From assembly GCA_964187785.1 (NCBI GenBank), contig OZ076412.1, forward strand, positions 25,792,001 through 25,856,000: a DNA stretch of 64,000 nt, read 5' to 3'. Position 1 is the first letter of the stretch, and each line of letters starts with the position of its first letter. Below are positions 1-12,730 of the stretch, one piece after another. The position numbers and the translations under genes are program-made. The notes under the pieces were generated by a model that made no database searches, was not told the origin of the DNA, and saw only the letters and a program-made list of their open reading frames with translations. This DNA is from Amphiscolops sp. MND2022 (Eukaryota).

Positions 1-265
1 TTGCAATTGATAGATTTACCACAGAAATTTTCATATACGATTTTATGCAGAAAACTCATGTGGAAGTGATAGACAAACTTTCTGAAATTTGATTGCACGG
101 TTTTTACAGTTGCAGAAATCTTAATGTACCCCTGAGGAACCTATTTTAGAGATACGAGAATTTTCATGCTCATTTTGGGTTTATTTGCGTTTGTTAATTG
201 TGCATTTTTGGGTATTAAGCCGTAAAACGAAGATATTGGTTATTGTTAAGTGTTTGATCGTGCAG

Positions 266-451
266 GTCGAAATACTCTTTGCTGCCTGAGAAGGTGATTC
301 TGTACGGACAGAGCATAGGCACCGTGCCCACAGTGGACTTGGCCTCCAGGGTGCAGTGTGCAGGAGTGGTTCTCCATTCGCCCCTCATGAGTGGCATCCG
401 AGTGGCCTGTCCCAACAGCAGCCGCACTTGGTGCTTTGACCCTTTCCCCAG
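266..451 (+). CDS. ABHD17: ABHD17 alpha/beta hydrolase (protein depalmitoylase), internal exon with the nucleophile motif
   Basis: Translation [39 protein letters not shown] matches ABHD17 (GQSIG nucleophile elbow). Acceptor tgcag|266, donor 451|gtcagt. Upstream exons lie outside the window. Confidence 0.93.
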
Positions 452-859
452 GTCAGTCAGCACACAATACTATTATGCTCACACATTGTATTTGACCATG
501 TCCAATGAGCCAGATGCCGACACGTAACCCATGAAATGTGCCTGTCTCTGATTTACAGCGTCAGTACACTTAATACTAAATGCAAAATGCTACTAATCCG
601 GTTTTCCACCCTGACTTTCAATCATTATGAAAGAAATGAAACGTATCTCGTGATTGTCAATACTTTTTACAATTAGCGGGTAATTAAAGTGTAGAATTTC
701 TAAGAAAAAAAAACGATCTACTTGAAGGTTTTTCAGAGCCAACCTTCATTTTTATGTTGAGCAGGTGGACGCTAGTAGGTGTTGAGCAGGTGGACAACTT
801 GTAGCATTTCAGTAACAACTATGATTTGATATAATTTTATCTCTTTGGTTCTGTTTCAG

Positions 860-1137
860 TATAGAGAAAGTGAACCGAATATCAAGCAAGCTTTTAGTGA
901 TCCACGGAACAGAGGACGAAGTGATAGACTTCTCACACGGGCTGGCCATCCACGCCAAGTCCAAGACTGCCGTCGAGCCCCTGTGGGTGGAGGGAGCAGG
1001 CCACAACGACATCGAGCTGTACTCTGCCTACCTTGAGAGGCTGAAGAAGTTCGTGGGCGATGACATGAAGAACGGTGTCACCCTCAATGGCACTGGCAGT
1101 CTTGGAAGCACCACCACTAGTGAAACTGGCAACTCAG
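860..1137 (+). CDS. ABHD17: ABHD17 exon with catalytic Asp and His
   Basis: Acceptor ctgtttcag|860, phase 2 matches the previous exon. [14 protein letters not shown] and [14 protein letters not shown] motifs. Donor cag|gtactt at 1138; unspliced read-through would stop at 1160. Confidence 0.93.
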
Positions 1138-1713
1138 GTACTTTCTTACTTACACCTTGATGTCCGATTTTCAACAGAGTTTTCGTGAATGAATGAATGG
1201 AAACGCGCATTACACCGACAAACCATTGAACCGCCAATCAAATTGAGTCAAAAAGCCGACGCCAATCATCTGATTGGTTGAAGAATGTTCATACAAAACC
1301 ACTGGTTTCAATACTGATTAACAATGTCTCGAAATAATTAATCAATTTTGTCGGTCTCATGCAGGGTCGGTCATTATATTTTTGTAAATTATTTCTGCTA
1401 TAGCCTTTTCAAAACCAGCCATTTCGTCTTGTTTCAAAGTTGGTTTTTTAATTTCAACATTGAAACTTTTGCACGATTAATTTTGTTTTGCCATGATCGG
1501 TTGTAGTCTTAGCTGTCAGAAACTTGAATTTTTTGTTTTCGCTTTTGTCCTTTCTTGCTGATTTACATCCGCGCTCCTGTACGTAAAGCGTGATTGTTAA
1601 ATTGGCCACGGAAATTGTTCATTTTCTGTATAAATAGAACCGACGGTCATTGATTATTGATAGGACAGGTTGTGTAACTTGGGGGAGTTTGCAACTTGAG
1701 TGGTTGTTTTTAG

Positions 1714-1866
1714 GTGACACGGGCCCTGCCAAGGTCAGGGGAAATGTTGCGCCCTACCTGGACAAAATCAGAAATCCTAACGCGATATCATCCTCGCTTA
1801 TATCCAACAACACAAACGCCGCCACCGCTCCTTCGAATACCAACAATACCACCGTACACATTATAG
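1714..1866 (+). CDS. ABHD17: Probable extra ABHD17 exon (low-complexity N/T/S-rich tail)
   Basis: ttgtttttag|1714 acceptor and atag|gttggg donor; 153 nt, phase 1 at both ends, open in frame with the 1137 donor; GC-richer than flanks. Confidence 0.6.
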   Translation: MTRALPRSGEMLRPTWTKSEILTRYHPRLYPTTQTPPPLLRIPTIPPYTL

Positions 1867-2439
1867 GTTGGGATTGCTTATTATTTCATTTGTGCCATGA
1901 AAATGATAATGTATTCATTTCAATTTGTTAGTTTTGTTCCTTCTGTAATTGCGATGAAGGACTTTCGGTTACCTATGCAAAGTACTTGGTGTAAACTGCG
2001 GTTTTTGGGGAACGTCATAAAGACATAATGTAATACACATCTAATTTTCAAACAGCAGAATTCACTGAGCTGAAAACGCGTATCTGATTTCGTCAAAATT
2101 ATTATTATAACGTAGTCAGCTATGTTCACATACCCCTAGTGCCCTAAATGCAGAGCGAAGCGAAGCGGAGCGACGTGCCATATGGCCATGCCTCAATGTT
2201 GCTACTTGGCAAAAGGAGCGAAGCGACCGGGCCATACAACAGATATGCTAACCTCTTCAAATAAATCAAGTTCCATACATTTTGGCTGCAACAGCAGTAA
2301 AAGCTAGTAATTTGAATTCTGCTGTTTGAGATCTTTTTGTAAATTCCGTTGTATGAATAGTCACCAGAAATTAGATGTGTATTAAATTATGTTTGTAGTT
2401 GTTAACCCGTTTTTTTGGATCTCATTTGCCACTGTCAAT

Positions 2440-2771
2440 CAGAGTTTTGACACCGCTAATCAGCGATTTAGCGAATAAGCGGCCGCGCAGGAATTTTTCA
2501 GCGATTCAAATTAGCGGTAACTAACAGACCCTCCAAATTCAAAATTTCTTCTCGGTATAGACGGTGTTTCAAAATGAATTTCGGAAAAATTCCAACTCTT
2601 ACCCTTGTAAAACTCGCACAGTACAAAAAATTCAAAAACCGAATAAATTATTTTGAAACATATTTGAACTAAACATTTAATAATTTGCAGAAAAAGCTTT
2701 TCAGCGAAATAGCGATTTTCAAATTAGCGGTTAAGCGATTAGTGGAAAAATTTAGCGATGTCAAAACCCTG
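2440..2771. mobile_element. hAT-type MITE in an ABHD17 intron
   Basis: TIRs CAGAGTTTTGACA / TGTCAAAACCCTG, exact 8-bp TSD CTGTCAAT (2432-2439, 2772-2779), subterminal TTAGCG repeats. Confidence 0.88.
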
Positions 2772-2859
2772 CTGTCAATGTAAAATTCACCTTCAAGTTT
2801 AATGGTCATTTGATTTTGGTCTACTCAAAGCTAAATTTTGTTTTTTTTTCAACCGTTTT

Positions 2860-3095
2860 TATTTTCCGCCCATATTTCATATGGGAAAGGAAAATATTTA
2901 AATCAAACGTTTTTTTTACAAAGTTTGCCAAGAATTATTTTTTACGTAATATGAAGAAGTACATTCACAGAATTCAACTGACATAAATTTAGTTCATGCG
3001 ATATGTATTTGTAAAGATTTTTGGACTTAAAACGACTTTTGTTGCTCAAATGATTTGGGGCGGAAAATATCCCGCTGGTCCGCGGGCGTCTTGTT
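2860..3095 (-). repeat. Interspersed repeat, Helentron-associated (HINE)-like
   Basis: Head AACAAGACGCCCGC..GGGATATTTTCCG (minus strand) recurs at 12547 and 33788; CCATATTTC.TATGGGAAAGGAAAATATTT recurs at about 29135. Confidence 0.45.
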
Positions 3096-3242
3096 AAATA
3101 CATCAGTACTTTTCTCTTCCAAAAATCTTACTCAAGCCATTTTAATCGTAATTGTTAACCGTTCAAGGGATAAGTTCAAGCTAGACCAAAGAAAATAGGG
3201 GTTGTAATGTGTGCTATAATGCACTTTGTGAATGTGATACAG

Positions 3243-3433
3243 GGGCGTCTGGAGCTGCCAACGTAGACACGATGCAGACTAGCAAGACGTCGTCCTCTCA
3301 GTCGCCCCAACAGCCTTCGAAGAACAGTCAACAGCAGCAGCAGAACGGGGTCATCGCCCCTCCCCCTTCCGCTGGACATCCCCCCGCGAACCCAGCCTCC
3401 AACTCACCCATCGTCACTGTCAAATCCTCGTAG
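3243..3433 (+). CDS. ABHD17: Probable terminal ABHD17 exon (Q/P/S-rich tail)
   Basis: gatacag|3243 acceptor, phase 1; open frame ASGAANVD..QQQQQNG..KSS* with coding-like GC content. Confidence 0.55.
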
Positions 3434-6400
3434 CCCACAATTTTACACCCCCACCCCTACAATCAGAAACCCCTCCCCAAATGAAAACACAGCTGTGAAA
3501 TAGTATTCTGTGAGTACACAGACTTGAAAGCAAATGAAATGCACGCAGATTAAAATTCTTGTCTTTAAGACTCTCACTAATGTTAAAAGACGAGCCCGTG
3601 TTGTGTTGTTAAGCTTTCAAACTCTTTATAATCTCATGTGGCTATTAGTGATCGAACGGACATCTCTGGGTTCTGTTTCGCTTTCGAGTTTTTACCGGAA
3701 TAACTATGCAGCAGCTTCTGTGTTATAATCATTTTGACTGGGAACTAAGTTTTGGTAACTAGTTACTGGAGCAAATAGAATGGTAGTTAATGAAATCAAC
3801 AATAATTCCCCCGTGGGGAATATTTCCTCTCGAAGTTTTTGCTTCCGACCTAGTAAGTAGCTAGCTAGTAGGTCATTCGAACTGATGAATGAATTGATTT
3901 TGATTGGAACATCTTTACCTCTGAGATTTGTTTTTTTGGCCATTGACTTGTGCGCAAAACTATTTTGAGCTCTGATTGATTTCATTTTTGAAGCGCTGTC
4001 AAATTTTTATTACCCGTCAAAAATACTTGGAGCATTTAAACATTTTGTGTTTGAGAAAGTGACATGATTTGTAAGAGCTTTCACCATCAAGGAAGTTTTG
4101 TGCCAAAGTGAAATTTCTAGACGCTAGAAGTCGACGTTTCATGTGGAAGAACATGAAGCGACTATGAAGTGCTAATCTAATCCGGGTAATGAATTGTTAC
4201 GTTGGCTTTTTATAAATTTCACCAGCGTACGCTAACCATGGTTTACGCCAGCAAGTTTTAACAATAAAGTTTCTAAGCTTCAAGAACTCCGATGAAAAGA
4301 ACTTTCAAAGGGTCTTGTTCGAAATAGAAATGAAGCATGATTCAAATTGAAATAGTTGGGACTGTCGACTCCTGGCGTTTTCTCATTTTCACATGTTTAG
4401 TTTACCACCTCACAAACGGCTTAAAAGTTAGAAGACTTCAAATAATAATCGGCGGCCAATTTCGAATCCATTCAATTTTTCCTGGTGCTTTCTTCAGTAA
4501 CATCTGTTTTACTTATTTTTCAATGCCGATGTTGTATTTCGAGGATGCTTCCCGTCTTGTTCTTTTCACTATCGGTCACTGACACAATTTAGTTACTCTT
4601 TCGAGGTTTTTATCTTATACGTCATACCAGAACAAAAACAAGATGAAATTTCTCTCAAATTTCGAATTTTGTCACTGTGTTGGGACTTAAGGCTCTTCTG
4701 GTTATTTCAAAGTTGAGTCATGTGAATAATGTATCAAATGCTAGACAATTGATTCCAATAATCCCAATATGGCAAGATTTTTCGTCGAAGCATCTTGAGT
4801 ATTTTTTTGGTTTGTTTCTAAAGACAATCGTTCGAAGATAGTTAACATGATCCTGTAACTTATGTTCTGGTATGATTGCCCTATAAAAGGGGCAACATGT
4901 TGGATGCCCAGAGTCGCTATCAACTATCATCGTTGCCCTGTTTGCCCCCATTGATGAATGAATGTAAATGTTAATATTGGAGTTTAGATATTAGTATGAT
5001 GTTTCTTATACCAACCCTCTTATTCACCCTAGTTGGAACCACTGGTCGTTCGTCCCATAATGGCTGATTTATATCCGACAAGCAAGGTTGGGTACTTGGA
5101 TTTATGTTTGAATTATATCTTTTTGACTTCTCGATGCGTATACTCTCATATTTGTGACATCAGGCAGTTTTGAACTGAAAACAAGTCAAAAAATCCCTAC
5201 TTGCAACTTTCGTTGATGCCAACGCACTTACGATACCTGAGATTCTCACATGAAATTCAAATTGAAACAAAACATCGTGTTTCTCCCCTGACGTTTATAA
5301 AGGATTTTATAAACCCACCCAACTTTGTATCGTCAAATTTGTGGATGAATCCAGTTGTTTCCAACGTAGAGGTTAATTTTGTTACTCCGCTCTTCCCGGC
5401 CCCTATTGGCTAGTTCATTTCAGCGTCTTTCTTCCTAGCTGCGCAACAGATATACAGTAATTTTTCGCATCTTATTCGCCATACTATGCAACTTTTTTCA
5501 GTTTTTCCACCGGATAACATTGAATTGAATTATCACACCAGTTGATCTCACCCAATTGGATTAATGTTTTTCTTGTGCTTTTGAGATGGCTGAAATTTGG
5601 GGTGGAAAATTACTTCTGCTTGCGCAGCCAATCATTCATACATGTCCTCCTCCTCCTCGTTATGCATTTCAACTCATTTTCTCATAATTTATTCGAACAA
5701 TTCAGTTCAATTCAAAAGAAGCCAATGGGATGAATTCACAATTGAGCAGCTGGATTGCAATTCATTCACTCTTGTCTGCCCGCAAAAGTTGCAGCTACAG
5801 TTGTAATTGTATCGATTATCCGCCATTGTCCATTGGTCTCCTTTAATGGCGGATAATCTAATCACTGAATAAAATCAAATACCGATTGTTTTGGTGTTGA
5901 TAGCATTTCTTGGGCTCATTCTGCTATCACAACACTTTTCGAGTTATGTTCTCAGCTTCTTTAAATAAAAACTGCCCAGAGATCTAATCCATCATATTAT
6001 ATTTTTCCTCTATCGTTTTTGCCATTGGTAATGGCGATCCGACACTAGTTTTGTCACATTTGTAAAACAACGTAGAGACATTGTTGTGAAGCTGCAGCTT
6101 TTCGTCAATGGAGCGAACCCTTTAATGCCAAATTCCTTGCTTGACCTGTTTTGACATGACCGGTCACCGAGCCTGTCAAGTATTGTTCGGCAGTTGAAAG
6201 TACCGGGGCCCTATTTCATTCACAGCCAACGTGAGTGTTCTGGAATCTAGCTAATATCCGGAAAAACTAGGGAAAAAAACTTGAAATCGTGTTAAATGAA
6301 GAATTGATTTTTTTCAATGTCAGTTATATACAACTGTACTAGTTTAGTTCAACAAATATTGTATGTCTTTAAGAACGTACCATATCTACATGAGTTGTTT

Positions 6401-7069
6401 GATTCTATGGAGTAGGTTATCTAATCTTTGTTTTCTGGAGGAAACTACCGAACATCACTGCTGAGGACTTAACTTGATGCATGGCTCTCCACTTCCTTCC
6501 TACCTCCTACTTTTGTCCCTTGTAATTCTCAGAATTAAGTTGATTGATTGTTAATTAATAGATTGACTTACTAAATTCAACTTTTTCAACGAATCTTTTT
6601 AGCAGCGAAGTCGAAAACGTATGTAGAAAACGAAAAATTATAATTAATGTTGTAACGTATGATCAGTGATGTTTTTGAGAATTTCAACTTTAGAACATAG
6701 CATCTTGCCATTGCAGGTTTATCAGAAACTGCCTAGAACGAATGTGGAAAAACTTTTCGACTGCACTTTTCAAGAACAAATTCGACTCAACGCCGCTGTA
6801 ATTTCCGAGATCTTTCGATAAACTCTACTAAAGGTTTATATATACTTTATATTGAATTACAGTGATACAGATACGCTGTGCGTCACAACACTTTGGACCA
6901 CTCTAAAATATGCAATTCGAGCTCGTCGACGCTAAAAAAAAACTTTTTGGACGGCCATGAAGAAACCGGAAATAGTTTAATCAGGAATTTTAATACCTTT
7001 TTCTTCAATAATACGAGCAATACGAAGCGGCATATAGTCAAATAACTTAATCAATTAATCAGAACAACT

Positions 7070-7900
7070 CAAAAATATGTCCATAGCCGCTTTTCCGACA
7101 CGATTTTCTAATTCTTTCAATTACGGGGTTGCGGGCCAACATACACGTAATTGATCAACATACTCCAGGCATTCTGCATGATGATTAGAAGCTACCAATG
7201 GGCCAATTGAGGACATCAAATCCGCGATTTTCCATTGTCGATTGGGCAATGTGAATACTACAGTTCTTCCGTTGGAGAATATAATATTTACCGATGATAT
7301 CCCAAATCGCTGGCACATCAAATCAGATAAAATTGACTGGTATTCAATGGAATTCACCCTGCTTGAAACCCCGACGAAAAGCAAGCCATTGGGAAGACGC
7401 GCCCCGAAATTTCAAACCACCTCCATCTTGTCTTCTGATTCTGAATTTCCGGAGATTTCTAAAACTTCTTGCTGTATATTCTCCAATTATCCAGCCCGTC
7501 TAGTTAAATTTTCTCTTCATCGATGAAAACAATTTTTTCCAATCGATCCGCTGTCGAATCCAATCAATGCATATTTTCATACGATTTATTGTATTTCGTT
7601 AGCCTTTTTGTCTTGTCGTTTCGTAGAAAATGCCAAGGCGCTTCAGTGCCCGCTCTACTGTTCTAGCAGCTTCCACATCAGTTTTTTTTCAATTTCTCTG
7701 GATGTGACCTTTTTTGATGTTGCAATCGGGCAACTTCTAGTTTTATCCGCAAATCATGAAGTTTGGTAATTACACTTGCTCACCCATGAGGTCCATGTTT
7801 ACCGCCATGATTGTTCTTTGCCATAAAGGTAACAGTTGATTTACTCGATGCCAAATCCAGTGCACTTTCTAGATTGTCCGCTGAATGATTTTTCTTCGAC
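7070..7900 (-). pseudogene. Degenerate Tc1/Tc3-like DD34E transposase
   Basis: Across frameshifts: WKKIVFIDEEKI*LDGLDNW (FSDEKKFNLDGPDG-like), VNSIEYQSIL, FDVLNWP, IMQNAWSML..Y, PRN. TIRs not cleanly identifiable. Confidence 0.7.
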
Positions 7901-9269
7901 AAGGTTTATCATCTCTTTGGAGTGCGCTTGTTAAACGTTTAACACAATCAATTTGTATAGGAACTGGGAACGAGCAATCAATTCGAACAATGCAGTGTTG
8001 TGACATCGTCCAAAACGTTTTGACGCGCTTTCTGTTGACAGGTCCTGAACATATCTTTTAAAAAGGTCCAAAAAACTTTGCCGCGAATTGTATAACAAAA
8101 ATGTGCAAGAGGATGCACTAACATTTTGAACGAGAACAAGGAAAAGTAATAGGCGTAAAAATAGTCTGACAAGTATAGCTGGAGATGCTGAATCAATCGT
8201 AGAGAAGTTTCAATTGTGTAATACCTCGAAATAGCATTTTTAAACATGGCACAGAATCAATATCAAATGAAATCAATTTAGATGGTTCATTCAGTTTTTT
8301 GGAAGCCAAAGGATACGAGTATAAAAACGAGGGCTAAGCCAACAAAAGTGAAAAAATATATGAAATTGGCGGAGAAGTTCAGCGTATCGAAAATTTTGTT
8401 CTCACGAAAGGCTGTTTTACTGGATGTACCAGAAAATGGCATGAGACTCATGCTGTTTTGATGATTAAAAGCGAGAGTGGTTTGGAGACGACTATTGCTT
8501 GATGGATGGTTGGAGGTGACATAGAAGAAAATCGATCAATTCATTTCGTTTCTGTGAAGACGGTATGATTTCATCTCACGGCCAAAACCAGAAGAAAATC
8601 TTTGTCACTCAGAATGCAATATAACCCAGTACCACACACTGCCGAATCAGCGAACAATTCATTCATAAGAAATCAATGTCATGGACTTGACACCTTGCAC
8701 ATCAGAATGTAGTCAAATAGAACATTCTCGGGAGATTGTGGTACAGCGCATGAATGAAGCGTAAATATAAATGGAAAACCGTTGCTAAGAAACAGTTGTC
8801 TGAAAAAGTTGATAAAGAAAGTCAGGCATAAGTTGGAAATTTTTATTATTTGAATATTTGTAGGTTTTCTAAAAACCTTTGATTGAATCTGTTGAAGCAA
8901 AAGGAGTACCTACTAGAATTGAAGTGGTAGTCTAAGACAAGGTCAACCTGAACCCCTCAAAAGCCAAAAAAGTGTTGATTCGAGTACCATCAACTGCAAT
9001 TCTTAAATTATGAACAGGGCTGCGTAAAATTCATCCCGAGATTCTTTGATTTTTGCGAATGCTGAGACAAAGTATTCTACAGATGCATTATTTGCTTGAA
9101 CGTTATCTGTCTGAACCAAGATTTCGTGGAGAATTTGCAAAGACTGCTCAAAAAGAGTTTATTCAGCAACACGTGCCCAACTGTTTATCTTTTGCTTTTT
9201 GAACGGCTCGGGATCGGTTCTCGGGTTCCACCAGGTAACAACTTATCTCGGCAAAGATTGGTTTTAATA

Positions 9270-9440
9270 TACCCATCAATTGCCTTTAGCTCCGCGTAAC
9301 GTTTGAAATGTTTTTGAAAATATCTGCGGCCAGGAGATTGAGGATATGTGCAGCGCAACCACTGAGTAAAATTGCCGGTTTCTCAGATTGTAACACTCGG
9401 AAACCTGCCTGAATATTCTTTGCGGTGTCTTCCCACGAGT
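9270..9440 (-). pseudogene. hAT transposase fragment (second Asp and CxxH motif)
   Basis: EDTAKNIQAGFRVLQSEKPAILLSGCAAHILNLLAADIF matches the hAT DNAxNM..CxxHxLNL region. Confidence 0.75.
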
Positions 9441-10346
9441 CCGAAAGATCACGAGTCCGAAAATAAATTTTAATTCCCATGAGTCCAAAAATAAATCTTG
9501 CACAAAATAAGCATTCATACATTCATTGTATACTAGAGCTAAATTAGCGACAAACTTTTTGCTAGTTGGTAATCGACACAAATCATTGATATGCCATGTC
9601 TCATTTGTTTCAAAGTATCGACTTTCATTTTATTTTTGAGTTTTTGTTAATAGTTATTTCAATTTAAAATTCCGCGGGACTCGTTCTATCGACGCGCAGA
9701 ATTGTTATATTCAATTAAATACCTGGATGAAGTTGCAAAATAACAGTAGAATACAAACAAAACTGCTCAACAATCTTTCGGGCTCGTGGGAATCAAAATT
9801 TATTTTCGGACTCGTGAATAGCAATCATTCTTTGCATTATTCCCAGAAGACACTGTTTTTGTTTCAGCAGAATATATCGCTTTTCAAAAACAGGAATAGA
9901 CTAGCAGCTGTTTTATTATCAACAGTGAAACTTCCAGCAAAACAACACTCCTGTCGATCCCAACAATGCGCACATACGACTTTGACCATTGATTGGGTTT
10001 TCAACCATCCAACAGAGTCTTAATGAATTTTTCTTTCATGTCATCCTTCATTTTTATCCCAGTCCCTCGACAATTCTGTCATCTGGTCACAAATTTTCTA
10101 TCACTACTTAATTTTGCAATTTTATGTCCAGGCAAAACAGGGTCTTCCACGATATCAAAATTAATTGAATGGAGGTGCGACGAAATATACTTTGTGACAG
10201 GCTCAAAATACAGCGAGAAATTATATCTGAAAATCGCGCAAAACAGTTAGAGATTTGGTTAATTGGTGAACAAACGTCGTAATGAAACACACTGTAAGCT
10301 TAATTGCTTGCTGTATGCAACATGTCAGCTAATGGCTGCTGTGTAC

Positions 10347-12237
10347 GGGACGCGCGCAGCAAGCCGACGCGTCAGTGAAGCGAAAATTACATAACGTGAC
10401 AGCAAACCGACACAATTGATTGGCTGAAAAAATAGCAACTAATCTACATTTAGATTCACCATTGTTAATTCGTCGAATTGAATAGCAAGATTGATGGAAT
10501 TTCACTTTATAAAATCAAACAGAGGTTTCAATCTCGTCCTTGATAATTATTTATTCAAGAAGAATAAAACTCGTGGAAACTTACAATATTACAAATGCAT
10601 CAATAACAATTGTTCTTCGAGATTAACAATTGAATCGACTACCAAAACAATTGTTAATCAACCTGGTCCCCATAATCATTTTCGGCCAGAGGAAAAAATT
10701 GCTAGGGAAGAATTCAAATCCAACGTTCGTACAAGTATCGAAACTAATCCGACAACCCCTTTGAATGAAATCTACAAGGGAGAAATTCAGAAACACGATG
10801 TGGAAACTTTTACCGTACCCCAGTACAATCAATTTAGAAGAAGTATGTTTCGAGAACGTGCCCGATGTTTGCCCGCTGTTCCGAAAAATTTCAACGAAGT
10901 TGATGTTCAAGGCTCATGGGCCCTTGCTTTGAACAAAAAACAGTTCTTACTCCATCAGGAAACAGGAATGTTGATTTTTGCGACAGACCAAGGTCTCGAG
11001 TTTTTGATCAGATCGAAAAGTATTCTTTCCGATGGAACCTTCAAAACAGCACCGCCGCCGTTTTTACAAATTTACACACTGTTTGGGGCTACAACAGAAT
11101 GGAAGATTCCTGTCGTTTGGGCTTTATTGGGCTCAAAAACAGAAGAAATTTATTCGAAAATGTTCGAAATTCTCATTATCAAGGGCTATGAAAAGTTTGG
11201 TGTGACACTCATGCCGGAGCTAATTGTGACAGACTATGAATCGGGAATTATTCCAGCAATCAAGAAGATTTTCTTCGTTTCTCAGCACAATGGCTGCTGG
11301 TTCCACTTTTCACAGAGAATTTATCGGAAATTTCAAGATCAAGGCCTTGCACTTGCCTATCAACAAAATCCTAGCGTCCAAAATGTAGCCCGCCGGTTAT
11401 TTAGTCTGCCATTCATTCCACCGAACGAAATTCCTCAGGCTTTCAATAGCTACGAAAACACAATTCGGAATATATATAATGATTATCCTAATTTGGAACA
11501 AATCATAAATTACGTCAAAAACTTTTGGATTTATGGACATCTTCCACTGGAATTCTGGAATGTTTTTGATCGACCAGTGACAATGAGGACAACCAACAAG
11601 TGTGAAAACTGGAACCGGGGCTGGAACAACGATATTGGAACTTCAGCTCCAAATTTTTGGAAAGTTCTCAAAAAATTGGGGGATCACGAATTGGAGTCAC
11701 GTCTCGATATTCGAAGAATTTCAAGGGGGGAGCCTGCCCGAGGAAAAGAAAAGAAATACCGGAATTTGGATCATAAAATTCTGCGACTCAAATATTCTTA
11801 TCTTGATGGGAACATTTCCTTAGATATGTATTGGGACGGAATAGCAACCGTTTGTCGAAGTGTATAAAGTTAAATTGTGTAGATAGATTTCGTAGATTTA
11901 TTATAATATTTGTAGATAGTTTGATTATTTGTAATTTTTGTTCTGAATTTTGACACTGATTGTGTTTTCATTGATTTGGCTTTAATTTTGTTTTGAGTTT
12001 CACGTTTTGAACAAATACAGCCAATAAGTATTTTTCGCTTTGGTTCATATGTTTTGAAAAGATGAGATTAATGCGAAACACAAATAAGCACGCCTTTATT
12101 AAAAACTTTGTATTACCACAGCTATCTCATTTTTCGAGTTTCAATTTGAAATGAATAAATTATAGAGAATTGAATTCAAAACGTCGGCTTGTTGTCACGT
12201 CGGCTTGTTGACGTGTCGGTTTGTTGCATCACTTCCC
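10347..12237 (+). mobile_element. Mutator-like (MULE) transposon
   Basis: Ends GGGA.. / ..TTCCC, imperfect TIRs built from CAA(G/A)CCGAC units (2 left, 3 inverted right), flanking duplication CTGTGTAC at 10339-10346 and 12237-12244. Confidence 0.8.
10491..11867 (+). CDS. MULE transposase with N-terminal FLYWCH-like zinc finger, 458 aa, uninterrupted
   Basis: YKC..C..RL..HNH finger; SDGTFKTAP (D), VTDYE (D), GCWFH (CxxH), TTNKCENWN (E). Confidence 0.92.
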   Translation: MMEFHFIKSNRGFNLVLDNYLFKKNKTRGNLQYYKCINNNCSSRLTIESTTKTIVNQPGPHNHFRPEEKIAREEFKSNVRTSIETNPTTPLNEIYKGEIQKHDVETFTVPQYNQFRRSMFRERARCLPAVPKNFNEVDVQGSWALALNKKQFLLHQETGMLIFATDQGLEFLIRSKSILSDGTFKTAPPPFLQIYTLFGATTEWKIPVVWALLGSKTEEIYSKMFEILIIKGYEKFGVTLMPELIVTDYESGIIPAIKKIFFVSQHNGCWFHFSQRIYRKFQDQGLALAYQQNPSVQNVARRLFSLPFIPPNEIPQAFNSYENTIRNIYNDYPNLEQIINYVKNFWIYGHLPLEFWNVFDRPVTMRTTNKCENWNRGWNNDIGTSAPNFWKVLKKLGDHELESRLDIRRISRGEPARGKEKKYRNLDHKILRLKYSYLDGNISLDMYWDGIATVCRSV

Positions 12238-12546
12238 TGTGTACAGCTTGGGCAGTATACAGCAATGTTGTATGCAGCCCTGATTATGAATAAATAAAGA
12301 GTAAAGATAATCGTTCTGATACTTATCAAGAATTACCAATACTCTTTCTTTCTTTAAATAAAATTGCAGTTGAAGGAAGTCGAATGAACACAGTTTCAGT
12401 TTTTGTAGAGTACCCGTGGACCGTGTCTGTTAGCTTGTCCATTTTGCTTCTTTTTCGAATGATTGATTTTTTATTGGAGACTGCACTACTTTAGTGACCT
12501 TTAGTAGAGTTTTTTGCCACTTTTGAAAGACACGCTTGAATTGAAA

Positions 12547-12730
12547 GAAGACGCCTGCTAAGCACCGGGATATTTCCCGCCTTCTCAGTTGACTATTTTA
12601 GTTACTTGACTGTTTTAGTTACTAGTAACTAAAATAGTCAAGTAGTTGATGGAGTTTGTGGAGATTTGGCAGAATTTGGAAAAAAAACGCAACACAGATT
12701 ATGATTTTCCTCCTCCATTATATGTGGGCA
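12547..12730 (+). repeat. Short interspersed repeat with a 42-bp internal palindrome (copy 1)
   Basis: Closely similar to 33788-34022; palindrome at 12603-12644 with one mismatch. Confidence 0.75.

Larger units (their letters stand above)
9015..12282 (-). mobile_element. Non-autonomous hAT transposon carrying a nested MULE
   Basis: TIRs CAGGGCTGCGTA / TATGCAGCCCTG and exact 8-bp TSD ATTATGAA (9007-9014, 12283-12290). Confidence 0.88.

Noticed and set aside
5600-6150. Possible pogo/Tigger HTH remnant on the minus strand (SIDEKLQL, ISGQFLFKEA)
   Set aside because: Two short motif hints separated by stops; insufficient support.
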